Shown in pieces: positions 1 to 8,428 of a stretch of DNA of 64,000 bases (its first letter is position 1; each line of letters starts with the position of its first letter). Source of the stretch: an uncultured Bacteriovoracaceae bacterium (GTDB lineage Bacteria; Bdellovibrionota; UBA2428); contig CAZSSP010000004.1 in the NCBI GenBank assembly GCA_964609695.1, positions 47,090 through 111,089 of the forward strand. Direction: 5' to 3'. A program made the translations under genes and the position numbers. The notes beneath the pieces are model-generated. The model searched no databases. It was not told where the DNA came from and was given only the letters and a program-made list of their open reading frames with translations.

Positions 1-14
1 AAAACTGGCCAATA

Positions 15-1616
15 TTGCTAGGAATTTTAGTTTTAATTTTGTCTTATGAAGTTTTTGTTCTTCGTCCTTATAATATGAAGCTAAGAGAGGCCGAGCAAAA
101 ACAAGCTGAATTACAAGAAAAGCTAAATGCTCTTACAGCACCTAAAAGCGCAATAACGGCTACTAATAGTTCAAGCCCAAATACGAATAGTGCAGACCTT
201 CAAAAGCCAAACAATACAGAAAAAGTAACTTCAGAAACCTTTTTAAAAGTTGATCTTGGCGATGATCTTAATGTTGATGTTCATAAAGATGGGCGCTTAT
301 CGAATCTTTTATTTAAAAAATATTTTGTTCGTGGCGACAAAGAAAAGCGACCTGTTCAAATTATTGAAAACGGAATTCAATGGTCCTCTTCTAATGAGGT
401 ATTAAATAAATGTTTAGAGGGACTTTCTCCCGCAGAAGGAACAGGTCTTCGATTTGTTTCAAAAAATCAAAACGTCAGCTGCTCTTTGGAATATTCACCT
501 AACGAAAAAAGTAAAAGACTTTTAAGTACAAAACTCAGTGTTTCTGGATTGAAAGATTGGCAGGGGCAAATTTTCGTAAGTTTTCTTGATGATCTCGGGC
601 AAGGAAACGACCTTGAAAAGAAAACCTTGGATTTTAAACTCGACGGAAAAGTTAAACATCTAAAAAGAAAAGAACTATTCGTAACATCAAAATATGTTGG
701 ATCAAAAGACTGGATTGTTTGGGGCGATAAATATTTTGCTGTAGGGTTTTTACCTTCTGGAAAGTTTCAACCTGACGTCTCTCACAGTCAACAAGGAGAA
801 AATTCTGCACACATTGAATTAGCCTATCCTTTGATTTCCCCAGACGCAGGCGGCACCCAAGAATATTCTTTCGACTATTATTTTGGAACAAAAGAAATTT
901 CCGCACTTAAAGAAGTGCGAGAAGACTTAGTTGAAGCTGTTGATATGGGAATTTCTGCGCCAGTAGGTCGATTTCTTCTTTGGTGTTTAAAACAACTTAA
1001 TCTTTTGTTTAAAAACTTCGGGTTTTCAATTATTGCGCTTACTCTTTTAGTTCGATTGGCATTTTGGCCGCTTAACAAAAAAGTTTTTGAGTCTGGTCAA
1101 AAGATGAAAGATCTTCAGCCAAAAATGGAAGCCATTAAAAAGAAATACGGCGAAGATAAGAGTCGAATGGATCAAATGAATCGTGAGATTATGGCTCTTT
1201 ATAAAGAAGAAAAAGTGAATCCAATGGGTTCTTGCTTGCCAATGTTGTTGCAGCTCCCAATTTTTCTTGGTCTTTATGGAGCTCTAAATCATGCGGTTGA
1301 TCTTTATCAATCGCCCTTTATTTTTTGGATTCATGATTTATCTTATAGAGACCCGTATTTTGTTTTGCCCGCTTTGTGGACAATTTCGTTAATTGTTACA
1401 ACTCAAATTACACCGCAACAAACGTCCTCTCAGCCCGGGATGCCGGACATGAAAAAAGTGATGTTCGTGATGTACATCGTCTTTGGATTTCTCTCTAAAG
1501 ATTGGCCATCAGGACTCACTCTATATTTGTTTGTAAGCAATCTTGTTGGAGTTACCCAACAACTTGTCTTTAAAAAAGGTCAGATAAAAGTACAGACAGT
1601 ACAAGAAGGAGTATAA
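15..1616 (+). CDS. yidC: Membrane protein insertase YidC (reading frame is open back to nt 3, so the true start may lie at or just beyond the window edge)
   Basis: 533-aa ORF with N-terminal TM, large periplasmic domain and the conserved C-terminal core (FWPLNKK, MKDLQPKMEAIKKKYGEDK, NPMGSCLPMLLQLPIFLGLY, GLTLYLFVSNL). It is followed by jag and mnmE, the classic arrangement. Confidence 0.9.
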   Translation: MLGILVLILSYEVFVLRPYNMKLREAEQKQAELQEKLNALTAPKSAITATNSSSPNTNSADLQKPNNTEKVTSETFLKVDLGDDLNVDVHKDGRLSNLLFKKYFVRGDKEKRPVQIIENGIQWSSSNEVLNKCLEGLSPAEGTGLRFVSKNQNVSCSLEYSPNEKSKRLLSTKLSVSGLKDWQGQIFVSFLDDLGQGNDLEKKTLDFKLDGKVKHLKRKELFVTSKYVGSKDWIVWGDKYFAVGFLPSGKFQPDVSHSQQGENSAHIELAYPLISPDAGGTQEYSFDYYFGTKEISALKEVREDLVEAVDMGISAPVGRFLLWCLKQLNLLFKNFGFSIIALTLLVRLAFWPLNKKVFESGQKMKDLQPKMEAIKKKYGEDKSRMDQMNREIMALYKEEKVNPMGSCLPMLLQLPIFLGLYGALNHAVDLYQSPFIFWIHDLSYRDPYFVLPALWTISLIVTTQITPQQTSSQPGMPDMKKVMFVMYIVFGFLSKDWPSGLTLYLFVSNLVGVTQQLVFKKGQIKVQTVQEGV

Positions 1617-1618
1617 AA

Positions 1619-2515
1619 ATGACTGGATTCGTAAAATCTGCTCTCAATTTATTCGGAATCAAGACAGAAAGTGATGTGGCTCAAACTGCCTCTCTCGATG
1701 AATTTTTAGGGGAGCTCGTTAAGAAAATTGGCTACGATATAAAATTTTCTAAAGAAGCTAAGGACGGTTCTGCGGTTCATTATGAAATTGAAGGCGCTGA
1801 GGCCAAAGAATTTCTTGGTGATAGTTCAAATATGATTGAGGCTTTGTCTCATGTTTCAATGAGAATTCTCAGAAAACAAGCCGGCTTTTCTAACCAACCT
1901 CTAGGCGAAGAAGCCGATGCTTCTAAATTCCGCGTCACTTTTGACTCTCGCGGCTTTAGAGAAATGAAAAATCAACAATTAAAAGAAATGGCTGATAAAG
2001 CTAGAGCAAGAGTTATTGAAAGTGGCGGAAGAGCTTTTTATCTCCCTGCTTTAAGTCCCTCTGAAAGAAAAGTTATTCATACTCACTTGGCGGAATTAGG
2101 TGAGGTTACTAGCGAAAGTATTGGAACAGGAACTTTTAAAAGAATTCGTGTAAAACTCGTTCCAAATTCTCCGCATAGAAAAGAAAGACCACAAGGCGAA
2201 GCTGATGGCCAACAAAGAAGAAATGGTCCACGTGGTTTTGGTGGCGGTCGTGGTGGTCCTCGCGGCGGCGGTCGAAATGGTGGCGGTCGTGGTGGTCCTC
2301 GTGGGCCTGGTCGCGGACGCCCACAATGGGGAGATAATATGAATCAAGCCCCAGCAGCTTACGGACAAGCTCGTGACGAACAATACGGTTTTGATGATGA
2401 AGTTAATGGAAACGTTGCTCGCCCTGATGAAGCGCCAGCCTACGTTGATGATAATATTGGAAATCGCGTTCGCCCTGGTGACGATGATTTTGGTAACGGG
2501 GGAACTAAAAGATAG
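1619..2515 (+). CDS. jag: Jag/KhpB-type RNA-binding protein (Jag_N, KH, R3H) with a 118-aa RGG-rich and acidic C-terminal extension
   Basis: ATG lies 2 nt after the yidC stop. R3H-like segment LPALSPSERKVIHTHLAELGEVTSESIG. Tail reads GPRGFGGGRGGPRGGGRNGGGRGGPRGPGRGRP. Conserved position between yidC and mnmE. Confidence 0.85.
   Translation: MTGFVKSALNLFGIKTESDVAQTASLDEFLGELVKKIGYDIKFSKEAKDGSAVHYEIEGAEAKEFLGDSSNMIEALSHVSMRILRKQAGFSNQPLGEEADASKFRVTFDSRGFREMKNQQLKEMADKARARVIESGGRAFYLPALSPSERKVIHTHLAELGEVTSESIGTGTFKRIRVKLVPNSPHRKERPQGEADGQQRRNGPRGFGGGRGGPRGGGRNGGGRGGPRGPGRGRPQWGDNMNQAPAAYGQARDEQYGFDDEVNGNVARPDEAPAYVDDNIGNRVRPGDDDFGNGGTKR
2240..2301 (+). repeat. Direct 23-bp repeat (ggtggcggtcgtggtggtcctcg) at 2240-2262 and 2279-2301, 39 bp apart, encoding the GGGRGGPRG modules of the Jag tail
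   Basis: Read directly from the sequence. The repeat is in frame (13-codon period). Confidence 0.9.
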
Positions 2516-2619
2516 CCCGCGAAGCTTTATCTTATTTTAAAAGAGTCGGGCTACCCATTATCGCTAAAGCTAGCGGTGAGGGTGGCCCGATTTGTATTTT
2601 AAGACTTTCAGGGAAAGGC

Positions 2620-3876
2620 TTGGAAAAATTTTCTTCGCTTTTTTCTGCGCCCCTACCTGCGCCAAAAGAATTTTCATATCTCAATATTTCAGGAATAGAT
2701 AACGCTGTCGTTTTAAATTTTAAAGCGCCCAACTCTTATACCGGTGAAGATGTTCTTGAAATTCAATCTCACGGAGTTCCTTCACTTGTTGAGAAAATCA
2801 TTGAAAAATTTGAGGCTCTTGGTGCTTTAAGGGCTTTGCCTGGAGAGTTTTCTTTTAGAGCCGTACTCAATAAAAAAATGACTCTTGAAGAAGCAGAGAA
2901 GCTTCATACTGTTATTAAAAGTGAAACCATTAATCCAGAAACGGCCAGTCAACTTTTAGGTTTAGATAAAAGTCAAAACCAAGAAAAATTAAGCAACATG
3001 TTTCAAGAGCTTCTAAAAACTCTTCATAGCGCAAGAGGAAGAGTAGAATCTGCTGTTGATTTTCCAGAAGCAGAAGAAGAGCAAGCACAAGACGTAAAAA
3101 GTGCGACGCTGGTTTTAGAAAAGTTTTATTCTAAAGCCACCGAAATGATGAGCGCCTACGAATTGTTTAGAGCAAAAGCTAGTGAACCTTTACTTGCTCT
3201 TGTTGGCGAAACAAATGCTGGGAAAAGTACGCTTTTTAATATTCTTTGTGGAGCAAAAAGAAGCATTGTTTCAAGTGTGGCCGGAACAACCCGTGATTAT
3301 GTTGAAGCAAGAATTCATACGGGACTTCGTTGGATACGACTTGTAGACACGGCCGGATTGCGTTTTTTAAAAATGAACAATCAACACGATGAAATTGAAA
3401 AAGAAGGCATTGAATTGAGTCATGAATTGATAAAAAAAGCCCACTTAGTAATTTGGGTTCAAAATGCAAGCAGCACATCCGGAGATGCTTTTAAAAACCT
3501 ATTAGAAGAAAAAAGGCACATTAGTGTTTTTTCACATAAAGATTTGAGTAATAAAACGGGCTCAAATGTTTTCGATTTTACAAAAGACACGGCAGAACTC
3601 CGCGAAAGTGTTTTTTTTGAGATCAATAAAAAACTCGAAAATCAGGAAGCCTCCATTGAAACAGGATTATGGCTTTCAGATAGACAAGCTAAAATTTTAG
3701 AGCATTCACACAATAAGGCAAAAGAAGCGTTGTTTTTATTAAAGGATGGAAGAGCTTTGGATCTTGTTGCAGAAAACCTTCAAGAATGTGAGAGGCTTAT
3801 TAAACAATGTATTGGTCAGGATATGGACGAAAGCTACATTGGCGAAATTTTCTCTCAATTTTGTTTAGGAAAATAA
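2620..3876 (+). CDS. mnmE: tRNA modification GTPase MnmE (TrmE). The tracked TTG start is probably too far downstream; the frame is open from 2509.
   Basis: G1 GETNAGKST, G2 TTRD, G3 DTAG, HKD (G4-like) and the C-terminal FCLGK (CxGK) motif. The in-frame upstream codons 2551-2619 encode LPIIAKASGEGGPICILRLSGKG, matching the conserved MnmE N-terminus. Confidence 0.9.
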   Translation: MEKFSSLFSAPLPAPKEFSYLNISGIDNAVVLNFKAPNSYTGEDVLEIQSHGVPSLVEKIIEKFEALGALRALPGEFSFRAVLNKKMTLEEAEKLHTVIKSETINPETASQLLGLDKSQNQEKLSNMFQELLKTLHSARGRVESAVDFPEAEEEQAQDVKSATLVLEKFYSKATEMMSAYELFRAKASEPLLALVGETNAGKSTLFNILCGAKRSIVSSVAGTTRDYVEARIHTGLRWIRLVDTAGLRFLKMNNQHDEIEKEGIELSHELIKKAHLVIWVQNASSTSGDAFKNLLEEKRHISVFSHKDLSNKTGSNVFDFTKDTAELRESVFFEINKKLENQEASIETGLWLSDRQAKILEHSHNKAKEALFLLKDGRALDLVAENLQECERLIKQCIGQDMDESYIGEIFSQFCLGK

Positions 3877-3889
3877 AGGCACAAAATAG

Positions 3890-4447
3890 ATGATTCCCTC
3901 TAAGCGTTTTTATTTTCTTAGACATGGAAAAACGGATGCCAATGAAAGAGGTTTAACCTGCGGTGGAGAGTGGGATATTTCCCTGAATGCCGAAGGAGTT
4001 TCTCAAGCTGAAAAACTTTCTGTTATGTTGGCTCACGTAGACTTCAAAATTAATGCCATTTTTTGTTCGCCCATGAAGCGAGCTCAAGAAACAGCCCGCT
4101 TAATTAATTCACATTTAAAGGCACCTATTTATACAATTGAAGAATTACGCGAATGGTGTGTTGGTGAATGGGAGACTAAACCCTGGGGTGAGGTACCCAA
4201 TCCATTTAATACAACAATAGATCCACCTTTAGGAGAAACGAGAGCTTTCTTTGAACAGCGGATTGAGCGAGCTGTTGCCAATGTACTTTCAAATTTTTCG
4301 GGGACACCCTTATTTGTTTCACACGGGGCAGCCGCACATGCGCTTTTTACAGTTTTAGGCACAGATAAAATTCAAATAGAAAATTGTACTTTATATTCTG
4401 TTAATCCAGGAGAGTTAAAGTGGTCGCTTCAAAAAGCTCTAAAATAA
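3890..4447 (+). CDS. Histidine phosphatase family protein (phosphoglycerate mutase/CobC-like)
   Basis: RHG motif (FYFLRHGKTDANERG), second catalytic His region (VSHGAAAHAL), about 185 aa. Confidence 0.8.
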   Translation: MIPSKRFYFLRHGKTDANERGLTCGGEWDISLNAEGVSQAEKLSVMLAHVDFKINAIFCSPMKRAQETARLINSHLKAPIYTIEELREWCVGEWETKPWGEVPNPFNTTIDPPLGETRAFFEQRIERAVANVLSNFSGTPLFVSHGAAAHALFTVLGTDKIQIENCTLYSVNPGELKWSLQKALK

Positions 4448-4532
4448 TTCGATTCTTTTGATTGTGAAAAACAGGACAAGCTTAAATTAATCTAAAATTA
4501 AATTTTTTACTGATTAGCTCCGATAGCGACAT

Positions 4533-5129
4533 GTGTTCAAAAAGCTATTGCTTATTTTGTTTCTGTGGTTGCTTGCGTCGACAGCCTATTCCTTTTTTTA
4601 TTTATATCCGCAGGCTAAGACAATAATTAAGTTTTTTAAAACCCATAAGCGCTTTCAGGATCTTCAAAACGCTAAAAAAAACTGTCCTTCATACGCTGGA
4701 TCCTCTCGCTCCGAATGCTTTCTTGAGTTTATGAAAAAACAAGATCTTGGTTTAGAGGCAGATCCTACAATGGCTTCAATTATGCTTCATTTTAATTTTT
4801 TTGTGGTTTCACTTAAAGAAGCTAAAGAGATTAAAGAAAAAGACCACCAATATAGACACAAAATTGTTGTTGTTAGAGCCGCGATAAATACACTTAACAA
4901 TTTAAAGTTCGTAGATGGACGTGGTCCAGCAAGTCAAAATTTTGACGGAACCTCTCTTCGTGAAAGATTTTATAAAAAACTAAGAAGTGATTATTTAAAA
5001 AGAATAAGAAAACTTCAATTAGATATTGAAAACGAAAAAGACATTTCTGCGGATGAAAAGACGGAGCTTTCTAATGAAAGCTTAAAACTTCAAACACAAA
5101 TCGAAAACATCCCCGAAAAGCTTTTTTAA
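4533..5129 (+). CDS. Hypothetical protein, N-terminal TM/signal anchor, charged coiled-coil-like C-terminus
   Basis: 198-aa ORF with GTG start and hydrophobic N-terminus LLLILFLWLLASTAYSFFYL. No family recognised. Confidence 0.55.
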   Translation: MFKKLLLILFLWLLASTAYSFFYLYPQAKTIIKFFKTHKRFQDLQNAKKNCPSYAGSSRSECFLEFMKKQDLGLEADPTMASIMLHFNFFVVSLKEAKEIKEKDHQYRHKIVVVRAAINTLNNLKFVDGRGPASQNFDGTSLRERFYKKLRSDYLKRIRKLQLDIENEKDISADEKTELSNESLKLQTQIENIPEKLF

Positions 5130-5217
5130 AAGCGTCAAAAAATATGCGATTCATTCGCTCTTTAAAAGAGAGCATTTTAATTCGAAAATAAATTACGACA
5201 AGATTTTCGGGGGGAAA

Positions 5218-5955
5218 ATGTTGAAATCTAAATTTGTATTTAGGACACTTTCTGTTCTTTGTGTTGTTTCGTTTGCAGGCGAAAAAGCACACTGGTCTTA
5301 TGAGGGAGAGCATGGCCCAGCACATTGGGGAAAATTCGATGGTGCCACTTTGTGTGAAGAAGGAAAAGAACAATCTCCTGTAGATTTAAAATGGAAAAAA
5401 CCGGCCTCAAAAAGAAAAGTGAATTTTGAATATCAATCAAAGTTAAGTTTTAAAACTTTAGACAACGGACACACTATTCAGGCCAATTTTCCTTCTGGAA
5501 ACTTTGTTCAAATTGACGGACAAAAGTTTGAGTTAGTTCAGTTGCATTTTCATGCCCACAGCGAACATTCTTTGTCTAAAAAGTACTTTCCCTTAGAAAT
5601 GCACTTAGTTCATAAAAATGCCGAAGGAAAATTAGCCGTAGTCGGAGTTCTTTTTGAGGAAGGAAAAGAAAACCCTGAATTAAATAAAATTTGGGCTTCT
5701 ATTCCTGAAAAGAAAAATGAAGAAAAAGAAGCTAAAGATGAGCTGGCCCTTTTGGATCTTCTCCCTAAAAAACATACGCACTATCATTATATGGGCTCTT
5801 TAACGACGCCTCCTTGTTCTGAGGGTGTGAATTGGAATGTGCTAAATACACCCGTAAGTCTTTCTGCGGCTCAATTGGCAATGTTTACAAAGCTTTATGC
5901 AAATAATTTTAGGCCGATTCAGGAGCCTAACGACCGTAAACCGGCAAATTACTAA
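5218..5955 (+). CDS. Alpha-class carbonic anhydrase, secreted/periplasmic
   Basis: Signal peptide, then HWSYEGEHGPAHWG and QSPVDL. Zn-ligand histidines in QLHFHAHSEH and EMHLVH. LTTPPCSEGVNW is present. G-rich SD (gggggg) lies upstream of the ATG. Confidence 0.9.
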   Translation: MLKSKFVFRTLSVLCVVSFAGEKAHWSYEGEHGPAHWGKFDGATLCEEGKEQSPVDLKWKKPASKRKVNFEYQSKLSFKTLDNGHTIQANFPSGNFVQIDGQKFELVQLHFHAHSEHSLSKKYFPLEMHLVHKNAEGKLAVVGVLFEEGKENPELNKIWASIPEKKNEEKEAKDELALLDLLPKKHTHYHYMGSLTTPPCSEGVNWNVLNTPVSLSAAQLAMFTKLYANNFRPIQEPNDRKPANY

Positions 5956-6048
5956 ATATTGGGGCAAGTTTTTTATAAGCTAAAGTACTTTTGAGCATTT
6001 TTGGCTTGGGGTGTCGAAAAGGATGCTTCCTTCTGATAATTAGGGGGC

Positions 6049-7893
6049 ATGCGTTTTGATGCTGTAGTTATTGGTGCCGGACATGCTGGTGTTGAAGCTG
6101 TTCGCGCGCTTTCTTCAATGGGCAAGAAAGTTCTACTTGTAACTCTTGATGCTTCTAAAATTGGAGCTATGTCTTGTAACCCAGCAATTGGCGGAGTTGC
6201 AAAGGGGCACTTAGTTTATGAAATTGACGCGATGGGCGGTTTTATGGGCGCAATTGCCGATCAGTCGTGTATTCAGGCGCGTCGCTTAAATATGCGAAAA
6301 GGCCCTTCCGTTCGCTCCACTAGAGTTCAATGCGATAAGGCGGTTTATTCTGAGCGAATGGGCCAAAAGATTCGCACGCTAGAAGGCCTCACTATAATTG
6401 AGTCGGAAGTTTCTAAAATCTATTTTGAAAATCAAGGTGGAAAAAGCTTTGTAAAAGGGGTCCAGTTAAAGGGCGGTATAGATATTGAAACTAGGGCCGC
6501 AGTTATAACCGCTGGAACTTTTATGAAGGGAATAATGTTTTGCGGAGAAGAGAGAAGTGTTGGTGGGCGATTTGGAGACAAGGCTTCGGCCACCCTTTCC
6601 GATTCTATAAAAGAACTGGGGCATAATTTTAAAAGATTAAAAACTGGAACTCCCGCGCGTCTCGATGCGCGAACAATTAATTTTTCAATTTTGGACAAAC
6701 AGTGGGGAGACCCTGAGATTCGTCGTTTTTCTTGGCAACCCCCAACCCCGCGATTGCCGCAGCTTTGTTGTTACATAACTCATACGAGCGAACAAACGCA
6801 TGAGGTGATTCGCAGCAATTTTCACAAGAGCCCTTTGTTTTCTGGGGAAATCGTAGGGGTCGGGCCAAGATATTGCCCTAGCATAGAAGACAAGGTTAAA
6901 AGATTTGCAGATAGAGACAGGCATCAAATCTTTTTAGAGCCCGAGGGTTTAAATACAAACTCGATTTATCCCAATGGATTGAGTACTTCTTTGCCCGCAG
7001 ACGTTCAGATAGATTTCCTGCGAACGATCGCAGGTTTGGAAAAAGTAGAGCTACTTCGTCCGGGTTATGCGGTTGAATATGACTCTATAGATCCTACAGA
7101 GCTTTTAGCTTCCTTTATGTCTAATATTGCTGATGGATTGTTCCTTGCGGGACAGGTTAATAGAACATCAGGCTACGAGGAAGCTGCCGCTCAGGGCTTG
7201 TGGGCAGGAATAAATGCGGCCCTTTTTCTTTCAGACAAGGAAGCGCTTTCCCCATATAGAAACAGAAGTTATATGGAAACTCTCGTAGATGATCTTGTAA
7301 GCAAGGGCACAGAAGAGCCCTATAGACTTTTTACCTCACGCTCCGAGTATAGAATGCACTTAAGAGAAGATAATGCGCATGAGCGAATGTTTGACGTCGC
7401 CGATTCTTTAGGGTTGCTCTCAGACGAACAAAAGAGACGATATCATGAGCACCTAGAGGAGAGCGCTCTTCTTAAGCGCGAGCTTGAAAGCGAAAAGATT
7501 CGCCTGTCTAAGGACAGGGTTATAAGCCTTTTCGAGTATTTAAAAAGACCTGACGTTTGTTGGGAGGAGTTGTCTGCTTCTTACGATGCAAAGTACGACG
7601 CTTCCCTAGAAAAAATTGAAATTGAGGCGAAATACTCCGGGTATCTTTCTAGGGCCGAAACAGAATTAAGAGAGCTTCAAAGAATTCAAGACTGGGCTCT
7701 TGATTCATCGGTAGACGTCTCATCCCTTCCCTCCTTGTCTAGTGAGGTCGTTGAAAAATACACCGCGAGAAAACCAAAGAGCGTATTTGAGCTCTGTCAA
7801 ATCAGTGGAATCACCCCTACGGCTGTTTTAAGCATAGTAAAGGTAGCGGGAAGAGGCTCTGGAGCGCCAATTGTTTCACATGAAACACGTTGA
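6049..7893 (+). CDS. mnmG: tRNA uridine 5-carboxymethylaminomethyl modification enzyme MnmG (GidA)
   Basis: FAD motif VIGAGHAGVEA, MSCNPAIGG, GPRYCPSIEDK, 614 aa. Confidence 0.95.
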   Translation: MRFDAVVIGAGHAGVEAVRALSSMGKKVLLVTLDASKIGAMSCNPAIGGVAKGHLVYEIDAMGGFMGAIADQSCIQARRLNMRKGPSVRSTRVQCDKAVYSERMGQKIRTLEGLTIIESEVSKIYFENQGGKSFVKGVQLKGGIDIETRAAVITAGTFMKGIMFCGEERSVGGRFGDKASATLSDSIKELGHNFKRLKTGTPARLDARTINFSILDKQWGDPEIRRFSWQPPTPRLPQLCCYITHTSEQTHEVIRSNFHKSPLFSGEIVGVGPRYCPSIEDKVKRFADRDRHQIFLEPEGLNTNSIYPNGLSTSLPADVQIDFLRTIAGLEKVELLRPGYAVEYDSIDPTELLASFMSNIADGLFLAGQVNRTSGYEEAAAQGLWAGINAALFLSDKEALSPYRNRSYMETLVDDLVSKGTEEPYRLFTSRSEYRMHLREDNAHERMFDVADSLGLLSDEQKRRYHEHLEESALLKRELESEKIRLSKDRVISLFEYLKRPDVCWEELSASYDAKYDASLEKIEIEAKYSGYLSRAETELRELQRIQDWALDSSVDVSSLPSLSSEVVEKYTARKPKSVFELCQISGITPTAVLSIVKVAGRGSGAPIVSHETR

Positions 7894-8398
7894 AGAAGAA
7901 TATCTAGACCTTTTGACTGCCTGGAACAAGAAACACAATATTATTGGGCGATCTCCCGCGCGCGAACTCCTAGAGGAGTCGCGGGATGCTATACTTTCGC
8001 TTGCTAAAACAAACGCCCTACCCGAAACCATTGTGGATATAGGTGCCGGATCTGGAATAATGGGTGCACCCTGGCTTTTGAGCGAACTTTCGCCCGACCT
8101 CCCCCCGTTAAAATCGAGAAGGCTTGTTTTTGTTGAACCAGATCGTAAAAGCGCAGCTTTTTTGTCCCTCCTTAGGGCCTCCTTGCCCTTGTTCGCTCAA
8201 CAGAGTTCGCTACTTGATTGTCGCCTCGAAGATGTTCGACGTGAAACAATTGGAGCAAGAGACTTCGTTTGTTTTAGTAGGGCGTTTAGCCCCGCAAAAA
8301 ACCTCGAACCGCTTTATACCTCGTCTGAATTGCGCAACGACCCATTGTTTGTATTTTTAAAGCCGGGGGGGCTTCTAAAGATGACTTCTGTGGACTAA
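7871..8398 (+). CDS. rsmG: 16S rRNA (guanine527-N7)-methyltransferase RsmG (GidB)
   Basis: SAM motif VDIGAGSGIMG and conserved position mnmG-rsmG-parAB. TTG at 7871 has GGAG 6 nt upstream; an alternative ATG lies at 7880. Confidence 0.8.
   Translation: MFHMKHVEEEYLDLLTAWNKKHNIIGRSPARELLEESRDAILSLAKTNALPETIVDIGAGSGIMGAPWLLSELSPDLPPLKSRRLVFVEPDRKSAAFLSLLRASLPLFAQQSSLLDCRLEDVRRETIGARDFVCFSRAFSPAKNLEPLYTSSELRNDPLFVFLKPGGLLKMTSVD
7872..7887. other. parS-like centromere site TGTTTCACATGAAACA (15/16 to TGTTNCACGTGAAACA)
   Basis: Read directly. Overlaps the mnmG stop / rsmG start region, about 540 bp upstream of parA. Confidence 0.6.
8233..8248. other. parS-like centromere site TGTTCGACGTGAAACA (15/16 to consensus)
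   Basis: Read directly. Lies inside rsmG, about 180 bp upstream of parA. Confidence 0.6.
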
Positions 8399-8428
8399 AA
8401 ATTCAATTAGGGCATCAGAGGATAAGAT

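Noticed and set aside
2096-2383. Two minus-strand ORFs (95 and 62 aa) with Thr/Ala/His-rich repeats antisense to the jag tail
   Set aside because: They are the mirror image of the GC-rich RGG-coding repeat, a stop-poor region. They have no SD or signal features, and the plus-strand frame is continuous with a recognisable Jag protein.
4531-4626. 31-codon Cys-rich ORF (MCSKSYCLFCFCGCLRRQ...) starting 2 nt before the GTG of the 4533 gene
   Set aside because: It is an alternate-frame reading of the hydrophobic N-terminus of the 198-aa ORF. It has no SD of its own, and the Cys-rich appearance is a frame artefact of TT/TG-rich sequence.
8124-8360. 78-aa alternate-frame ORF within rsmG
   Set aside because: It has a same-strand overlap with a recognisable methyltransferase frame (SAM motif) and no independent support.
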